From the NCBI GenBank assembly GCA_013375475.1, contig JABXKD010000090.1:1-13322 (forward strand): a DNA stretch of 13,322 nt. Reading direction: 5' to 3'. Below the pieces are notes generated by a model. That model was not told the DNA's origin and did no database searches. It worked only from the letters and a program-made list of their open reading frames with translations. Of this stretch, positions 7,420-13,322 are shown in pieces. Each line of letters opens with the position of its first letter. Positions within the stretch are counted from its first letter, which is position 1. This DNA is from Promethearchaeota archaeon. GTDB taxonomy: Archaea > Asgardarchaeota > Lokiarchaeia > Sigyniarchaeales > SOKP01. The position numbers and the translations under genes are program-made.

Positions 7420-8538
7420 ATGAGAATTAAGGGCTTTAAGTTGGAAGAATATTTTGCGAAGTACGAGTTTAATGTTGAATACTCTTTATGCTCTTCAGAT
7501 TGCGAATCATTTAGCGTAGATGAATTGCTAACGTTAGAGAAAACTTCCTTAGAAGATCTTAAAAAAGTCTGGTTAGGGTATACTGAATCTCTCGGTAATC
7601 CTATTTTACGAGAAGAAATTTCTAAATTATATAGTAAAATTAACGCTGAGGAAGTTATTGTGTTTTCCGGGGCTGAAGAGGCGATTTTTATATTTATGAA
7701 TGTTCTTTTGAATAAAGGGGACCATATAATCGTGCAATATCCGGCATACCAATCTCTCTACGAAATTGCTAACGCTATAGGATGTAAAGTCACCAAGTGG
7801 GTAATGGATGATGAAAACCAATGGGCACTAAGTTTACAATTTTTAGAAACTAACATAACCCCATCAACTAAGTGTATTGTTGTTAACTTCCCTCACAACC
7901 CTACGGGTTACCTCCCTAAGAGAGATATCTATAATAGAATTATTAATTTGGCTAAAGAAAATGACATCTATTTACTTTCTGATGAGGTATACAAATTCTT
8001 AGAATATACAGAAGCTGAAAGATTACCATCTGCTTGCGATCTTATAGATAAGGGAGTTTCAATTGGGGTTATGTCCAAAGCATTTGGTTTAGCGGGATTA
8101 AGAATAGGATGGATCGCAACAAAACATACTTCGCTTTTTAAAGAAATTGCTTCCTTTAAGAATTATACAACCATTTGTAATAGTGCTTTAAGTGAGTTTT
8201 TTGCAATCTTAGCACTACGCAAGAGAAACAGAATTCTAAATAGAAATTTAGAAATTATTATGAACAATTTGAATCTCTTGGATGATTTTTTTAATAGACA
8301 CAATAACATCTTCAGTTGGATAAGGCCTAATGCAGGATCGGTAGCTTTTCCGAGATTACTAGTAAATGACAGTGTTCAGGCTTTTTGTTTAGATCTACTG
8401 AAGAAAAAGAGCGTGCTTTTAATGCCGAGTACTAATTACGATTATGGTGATCGCCACTTTAGAATAGGTTTCGGAAGAAAAAACATGCCCGAAGCTTTAC
8501 AACATTTTGACAATTATATAACTGAAAATTATGGTTAA
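7420..8538 (+). CDS. PLP-dependent aminotransferase class I/II
   Basis: GAEEA, NFPHNPTG, SDEVY, MSKAFGLAGLRIGW (PLP lysine) and the C-terminal HFRIGFG arginine. Confidence 0.93.
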   Translation: MRIKGFKLEEYFAKYEFNVEYSLCSSDCESFSVDELLTLEKTSLEDLKKVWLGYTESLGNPILREEISKLYSKINAEEVIVFSGAEEAIFIFMNVLLNKGDHIIVQYPAYQSLYEIANAIGCKVTKWVMDDENQWALSLQFLETNITPSTKCIVVNFPHNPTGYLPKRDIYNRIINLAKENDIYLLSDEVYKFLEYTEAERLPSACDLIDKGVSIGVMSKAFGLAGLRIGWIATKHTSLFKEIASFKNYTTICNSALSEFFAILALRKRNRILNRNLEIIMNNLNLLDDFFNRHNNIFSWIRPNAGSVAFPRLLVNDSVQAFCLDLLKKKSVLLMPSTNYDYGDRHFRIGFGRKNMPEALQHFDNYITENYG

Positions 8539-8867
8539 TAATAATTATAGAACATTTTCAATGGTTATCTGGGAGAAAATCTGAAATATTTACTATTGAA
8601 TTTTTGAATACTTAAACTATAAAGGCGATGTAACTCTTTTTTACTAAATATTGGGTTATTTTTTAGTAATTATTACTTCTTAATATTGAAGATTTATTCA
8701 TCGATTTAAATGATGCTTTTTTGATAAATGCATCAAATCTAATTTCTTCCTTTGAGATGGGGTAGTTAATTATTTTAGTGAATATTCCCGCTCATAGATT
8801 TATCCATAATAAAACAATGATATATGAGCAGGTTATACCCATAAAAGAAAGAAAATTATGAATAAAA

Positions 8868-10292
8868 ATGTTAAAAGAAACACAAAGAATGACCGGAACG
8901 GTCAAATGGTATAATGAGAAGAAAGGGTTTGGATTTATAACCCTTGATAGGGATGGTAAGGATATTTTTTTACACCATACTGCACTGCAACCAAACGAAG
9001 ATAATAATATCACCAGTGGTGATTACCTTACTTTCACAATTCAACCACAAAAAAAAGGCCTTGCTGCTATTGAAGTAACACGGTTAGAAGAAGTTGTGCA
9101 ATCTAGGATATCAAAAAAAAATAAACCATTACAATACAACCAAATTGATAGTGGTATTAATTTTGCTGATCTTGATTTAGACTCTAAGATTTTACAGGCA
9201 GTAAGAGATTCGGGATATGAGGCTCCGACACCAATTCAAGCTCAAGCAATCCCTATTATATTGAATGGAAAAGATATACTAGGTTGTGCTCAGACAGGGA
9301 CAGGAAAAACTGCTGCTTTCGCCCTTCCTATCTTGCAACGATTAGTTAGTATCAAGAACAACAATAACATGAAAACCAAGCGTAATATCAGTGTTTTAGT
9401 AGTTGCTCCTACAAGAGAGCTTGCAATCCAAATTAAAGACAGTTTTAATATTTATGGAAAATATACTGGACTAAGAAATACTGTTGTTTATGGAGGGGTT
9501 GGACAAAACCCACAAGTGAAAAAATTGCAACAAGGAGTAGACATTTTGGTTGCAACTCCGGGTAGATTACTTGATTTGATCAGGCAAGGTCATATAAACC
9601 TTGGTTATGTTGAGGTTTTGATTCTAGACGAAGGTGATAGAATGCTTGATATGGGTTTCATCAAAGATATACGTACCATCATTAACTATATACCTAAAAA
9701 GAACCGACAGACCCTACTTTTTTCTGCTACGATACCACCTGAAGTTAAAAAACTGGCCAATAGTATTCTAAATACACCCATAAGAATAGATATATCACCA
9801 GAACAACCAACCTTGGAAAGTCTTAAACAATCTGTATTTTTAATCTCCAAAAATAAAAAGCAAGCATTATTGGAAAAGTTACTTTTCGATAAATCGATTA
9901 AACGAGCATTGGTTTTTATGCGCACAAAACACGGGGCCAATCGAGTTGTTAAGATTTTAAAAAGGAAGGGAATACGCACTGATGCTATACACGGGAATAA
10001 ATCACAAACTGCACGTCAAAATGCGCTTCAAAGCTTTCGTACTGGAGCAATACGTGTTCTAGTAGCTACAGATGTCGCTTCTCGCGGAATTGATGTGAAT
10101 GAAATCTCACATGTCATACAATTTGATTTACCAAATGAAGTGGAAACTTATTTACATCGTATTGGGAGGACGGCAAGAGCAGGTGCTGGAGGAATAGCCT
10201 ACGCTTTCTGCGAGGAGAATGAACTGCCCAAGTTACAAGAAATCGAGAAGTTAATTCGAATACGTTTAAATATAGTAAAAAATCACATCTAA
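8868..10292 (+). CDS. Cold-shock-domain / DEAD-box RNA helicase (RhlE-like core) fusion protein; start may be the ATG at 8889
   Basis: N-terminal CSD (MTGTVKWYNEKKGFGFI with RNP1; DIFLH with RNP2). Then Q motif (GYEAPTPIQ), I AQTGTGKT, Ia PTRELA, GG, Ib TPGRLLD, II DEGD, III SAT, IV LVF, V ATDVASRGID, VI HRIGRTARAG. Confidence 0.93.
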   Translation: MLKETQRMTGTVKWYNEKKGFGFITLDRDGKDIFLHHTALQPNEDNNITSGDYLTFTIQPQKKGLAAIEVTRLEEVVQSRISKKNKPLQYNQIDSGINFADLDLDSKILQAVRDSGYEAPTPIQAQAIPIILNGKDILGCAQTGTGKTAAFALPILQRLVSIKNNNNMKTKRNISVLVVAPTRELAIQIKDSFNIYGKYTGLRNTVVYGGVGQNPQVKKLQQGVDILVATPGRLLDLIRQGHINLGYVEVLILDEGDRMLDMGFIKDIRTIINYIPKKNRQTLLFSATIPPEVKKLANSILNTPIRIDISPEQPTLESLKQSVFLISKNKKQALLEKLLFDKSIKRALVFMRTKHGANRVVKILKRKGIRTDAIHGNKSQTARQNALQSFRTGAIRVLVATDVASRGIDVNEISHVIQFDLPNEVETYLHRIGRTARAGAGGIAYAFCEENELPKLQEIEKLIRIRLNIVKNHI

Positions 10293-10296
10293 ATCG

Positions 10297-10341
10297 TTAA
10301 AATTACGAAATTTTAATTAAAGAAAATAAAGATTTTTTATT
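10297..10341. terminator. Possible bidirectional terminator region between convergent genes
   Basis: TTAAAATT-acga-AATTTTAA (10297-10316) and AATAAA-gattt-TTTATT (10325-10341) inverted repeats, plus T runs. The stems are all A/T, so the evidence is weak. Confidence 0.3.
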
Positions 10342-10344
10342 AAT

Positions 10345-11223
10345 CTAAATTCCATTCATTTTAGCCAGAACTTTGTAAAGTCCTTGAGTTCCAAGATTTT
10401 CAAATCCTAATGCAGTAGCTGAAATATAAAATTGATAAGCTAGAGCTAAACCTGGTAATGAAAGATTCATGTTTTTAGCTTCCTTAAGAGCAATACCCAT
10501 ATCCTTTATGAAATGCTTGATAAAAAAACCAGGATCAAAATTACCCTCTACTATTCGAGGACCAAGGTTATTAATCGACCAGCATCCCGCAGCTCCTTTC
10601 CCAATAACATTGATCACTTCATTCAGATCATTTCCAGCTTTGTGTGCATATAGAAGGGATTCGACAACTCCAATCATCGTCGAAGCAATTAGTATTTGGT
10701 TGCTCATCTTTGTATGCTGTCCTGCTCCAGCTTTACCCATATAAGCAATATTTTTTCCCATGAGTTCGAAAAGAGGATAAACTTTATCATATATTTCCTT
10801 ATCACCGCCCGACATTATCGCTAAAGTTCCGTTCTTTGCTCCAACATCTCCTCCCGATACTGGCGCATCTAAAGAGGATGCTCCCATTTTCTTTGCTATA
10901 TTATAAATTCTTAGAGCAAGAGAAGGTTCAGAAGTTGTCATATCTACTAAAATTGAGCCATTTTTTACTGATTTTAAAATTCCGTTTTCACCTAAATAAA
11001 CTTCCTCGACATCATGAGGGAATCCAACAATAGTGAAAAGAATATCGCTTTTTTCAGCAACTTCTTTTGGGTTCGAACACCAAGTTGCACCCATATCAAC
11101 TAATTCTTTAGCTTTTTCCTTAGTTCGATTATAGACTGAAATTTTATAACCCGCATTTAAAATATGAGCACACATAGATTTCCCCATAACGCCAGTTCCA
11201 ATCCATCCAATATGCTGTTCCAT
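10345..11223 (-). CDS. NAD(P)-dependent beta-hydroxyacid dehydrogenase (3-hydroxyisobutyrate / tartronate semialdehyde reductase family)
   Basis: IGWIGTGVMG Rossmann motif, DAPVSGG, GAGQHTKMSNQ (catalytic Lys) and KDMGIAL. Confidence 0.93.
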   Translation of the reverse strand: MEQHIGWIGTGVMGKSMCAHILNAGYKISVYNRTKEKAKELVDMGATWCSNPKEVAEKSDILFTIVGFPHDVEEVYLGENGILKSVKNGSILVDMTTSEPSLALRIYNIAKKMGASSLDAPVSGGDVGAKNGTLAIMSGGDKEIYDKVYPLFELMGKNIAYMGKAGAGQHTKMSNQILIASTMIGVVESLLYAHKAGNDLNEVINVIGKGAAGCWSINNLGPRIVEGNFDPGFFIKHFIKDMGIALKEAKNMNLSLPGLALAYQFYISATALGFENLGTQGLYKVLAKMNGI

Positions 11224-11230
11224 ATATTAT

Positions 11231-11236
11231 CTCCTT
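11231..11236 (-). promoter_or_regulatory. Shine-Dalgarno site for the dehydrogenase gene
   Basis: Minus strand reads AAGGAG-ataatat-ATG, a 7-nt spacer. Confidence 0.6.
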
Positions 11237-11339
11237 CAAAGTGAAATGCTTTAAGAACTATATTAGAAATTAATTTAAAAAAATTTGTAATCTTTTGTTT
11301 AAAAACTATTTTAAAAAATCTAAGTATAAGATTAAGATT

Positions 11340-12779
11340 TCAAACCCAGAATAAATTGCCCTTCTTAACATTATCTATTCTAGTCCGATGTTTAAGAGCA
11401 GAGACAGCTTGAACTGCTTCCTTAATGGAATGAAAAACAGGGATGTATGCGAGTTCAAGAGATTCGATTATAAGAGTATACTTTGCAACATATGGAACAA
11501 AGCACACTACAGGCTTATTCTTCGTTGAAACTATATTTGCAATCCTTCTTCCTATTTGAAACGAGATATTAGGAGGATACGGAAGCAATAATAATATTAT
11601 ACACTCGATCCGTTCAATATCTGATAAATAGCGTACTACATCTTCGATATCCGTATCAATTACTGAACCTGTTAAATCGATTGGATTGTTAAAGGAAGCA
11701 ATTTCTCTTGCTGAGGGATTCATTAACTCTTTTAAATCTTTTTTCTCCTGTCTTTCAAGTCGAACCGCATTCAAACCATACTTTTTCAGCATATCAGAAG
11801 CAATAACACCGTGACCACCAGAAACCGATACAATAACGACGTCTCCGTACGTAATTACATTTTTCCCAAAAGGATTTTTCCGATGAGATAGGACGTCGAA
11901 GACTTTTAGACTCGTTAATAGCTCTCTTTCTGAGTTAGGTTGTATTATTTGATATTGTCTTAAAGCCCCACTAAGAATTTTGTAATCTCCTGCTAAACTG
12001 GCTGTATGGGATTGGGTAGCTACTTTTCCTTCTCTAGTCTTTCCTCCAAAAAATGTTACTACGGTGTCTTCTGATTCTTTAGCTAATTGTAAAAATTGTC
12101 TTGCTCTGCCCTCTTTAAATCCTTCTAAGTAGAAAGCAATATTAGATGTTTCTTGATCAATTTTGCTAAAATATTCTAACAACATTACCTCGTCCACTAC
12201 TGCACGATTTCCTATAGAAACTGCAGTTGACACTCCGATGTTTCTTTCTTTGAATTTTACAAAGAATTGGTCTACTAAGACACCTCCCGATTGACTGATT
12301 AAAGCTACAGACCCTTTAGGAGGCCGAGTGATGCGTTCCGTAGGTAAAAAGATTGTGTCAACAGTAGGGCTCGCGTAAACTCCCAAACAGTTCGGTCCGA
12401 GAACTGCGATATCGTTATCAAACCCCAGTTTCTCGAGTTCTTCCTGTCTTTTCTTCCCTTTTCCCCCAATTTCAGCAAAACCTCCTCCAACTATGACGCA
12501 AGAAGGGATCTTTAAATCAACGCAATCTTGAACGTACCCTAAGGTGTCGTCTGGTCCGACTGCAATGACCAATAGGTCGGGGATTTCAGGCAATTTATCT
12601 AATTTTTCGTATAATTTGATTCCTTCGAGGTCTCCTCCCGTTGGATAGATTCCATATACTTTAACATTCATTTCAAATTCATTCTTTAACAAAACGATTC
12701 TTCCAGGACTCAATGGGTTCTTTTTTGAAATTCCTACAACCGCCATTGATTTTGGTTTGAACAACTTTTGTAAATCCAT
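11340..12779 (-). CDS. Acyl-CoA synthetase (NDP-forming) alpha subunit / CoA-binding protein
   Basis: LFKPKSMAVVG, GFAE, GPNCLG, SQSGG, GNRA, YLEG, SHTASLAG (phospho-His), SGGHG and NPIDLTG. No ATP-grasp beta domain is fused. Confidence 0.9.
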   Translation of the reverse strand: MDLQKLFKPKSMAVVGISKKNPLSPGRIVLLKNEFEMNVKVYGIYPTGGDLEGIKLYEKLDKLPEIPDLLVIAVGPDDTLGYVQDCVDLKIPSCVIVGGGFAEIGGKGKKRQEELEKLGFDNDIAVLGPNCLGVYASPTVDTIFLPTERITRPPKGSVALISQSGGVLVDQFFVKFKERNIGVSTAVSIGNRAVVDEVMLLEYFSKIDQETSNIAFYLEGFKEGRARQFLQLAKESEDTVVTFFGGKTREGKVATQSHTASLAGDYKILSGALRQYQIIQPNSERELLTSLKVFDVLSHRKNPFGKNVITYGDVVIVSVSGGHGVIASDMLKKYGLNAVRLERQEKKDLKELMNPSAREIASFNNPIDLTGSVIDTDIEDVVRYLSDIERIECIILLLLPYPPNISFQIGRRIANIVSTKNKPVVCFVPYVAKYTLIIESLELAYIPVFHSIKEAVQAVSALKHRTRIDNVKKGNLFWV

Positions 12780-13019
12780 TTTGGACTATACTCTTGATGG
12801 TTTTTTTGTGATATATTTGTTAAATGTAAAAATCATTTTTATTTTTGTCTTATATTGGTTCAAATAGAATGAAATAAAAAATTCTATTAAGAATCTATAA
12901 AAATAGGTCCAAGTTGTCCCTATAAGTGATTATTATTAATTAAATGAAAAGCACATCTAAATATTTATAAAGACAGAAAAGAATTATGATTATTACTAAT
13001 TTATTTATAAGTGAAGATC

Positions 13020-13322
13020 ATGAGTGAAAACCAAAAAAGAAAATTTTCGTATAAACGTGCAGTCTCCTACAGCATCGGTCAAATTTCTGATATTGCATCC
13101 TACCAAGCATTCACATTTTTAGCGTTTACATTTTATTTTGCAGTAGTGGGGCTTGATATTGAATGGATAACTCTTGGATTTATTATTTGGTCAATATGGA
13201 ATAGTTTCAACGATACATTTATTGGATCTCTATCAGATAGAACTCACACAAGATGGGGTCGTCGAAAACCGTGGGTTATGGTGTCGCTATTACCTATTGC
13301 AATTATTCTTTTCCTCATATTT
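13020..13322 (+). CDS. MFS transporter, glycoside-pentoside-hexuronide (GPH/MelB-like) family; 5' part, truncated by the window edge
   Basis: Not in the ORF track. My translation is MSENQKRKFSYKRAVSYSIGQISDIASYQAFTFLAFTFYFAVVGLDIEWITLGFIIWSIWNSFNDTFIGSLSDRTHTRWGRRKPWVMVSLLPIAIILFLIF. It has hydrophobic helices and the GPH signature ND..IG.LSDRT.TRWGRRKP, and is open to the end of the window. Confidence 0.92.
   Translation, partial: MSENQKRKFSYKRAVSYSIGQISDIASYQAFTFLAFTFYFAVVGLDIEWITLGFIIWSIWNSFNDTFIGSLSDRTHTRWGRRKPWVMVSLLPIAIILFLIF

Noticed and set aside
7627-7821. 64-aa minus-strand ORF
   Set aside because: Antisense within the aminotransferase gene.
8858-8914. Out-of-frame 18-aa upstream ORF (MNKNVKRNTKNDRNGQMV) overlapping the CSD start
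   Set aside because: Short ORFs like this are expected by chance, there is no SD, and it cannot be supported without ribosome profiling.
9355-9368. AAC/AAT repeat encoding NNNN in the helicase
   Set aside because: Very short, imperfect, and in the variable loop between motifs I and Ia.
8792-9979. Minus-strand ORFs 8792-9013 and 9686-9979
   Set aside because: Antisense to the CSD and the helicase core; typical shadow ORFs.
10469-11033. Plus-strand ORFs 10469-10744 and 10836-11033
   Set aside because: Antisense to the dehydrogenase gene.
12305-12490. 61-aa same-strand alternative-frame ORF
   Set aside because: Nested in the intact ACD alpha gene, with no motif and no sign of a frameshift.
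1357-12779. Selenocysteine recoding at the UGA stops of thpR, GH2 and ACD alpha
   Set aside because: Each UGA falls at the expected C-terminus of its family, none aligns with a catalytic Cys position, and I saw no SECIS-like hairpin.

Overview
AT-rich, gene-dense prokaryotic window with 12 complete CDSs and a GPH-type MFS transporter cut by the right edge. The gene content (DUF211, archaeal-type ThpR, stand-alone NDP-forming acyl-CoA synthetase alpha subunit, MtaA/CmuA-like protein, GPH transporter, TATA-like AT boxes, few Shine-Dalgarno sites) suggests an anaerobic archaeon, plausibly Lokiarchaeia/Asgard; this is inference, not proof. Left, minus strand: VOC protein, MtaA/URO-D family protein, DUF6206-like protein with cryptic protein-kinase-fold motifs, ThpR, HAD phosphatase, DUF211. 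Middle, plus strand: GH2 glycosidase, Cys-rich 4Fe-4S protein, class I/II aminotransferase, and a cold-shock-domain/DEAD-box helicase fusion. Right: beta-hydroxyacid dehydrogenase and ACD alpha (minus), then MFS (plus). I saw no rRNA, tRNA, CRISPR array or mobile element. The two best candidates for new biology are (1) the CSD-helicase fusion, which has a structured upstream region and an A9 slippage tract in its linker that would release a free cold-shock protein, and (2) a kinase-fold / 2H phosphoesterase / HAD phosphatase cluster that may be a phosphate-end-processing module.
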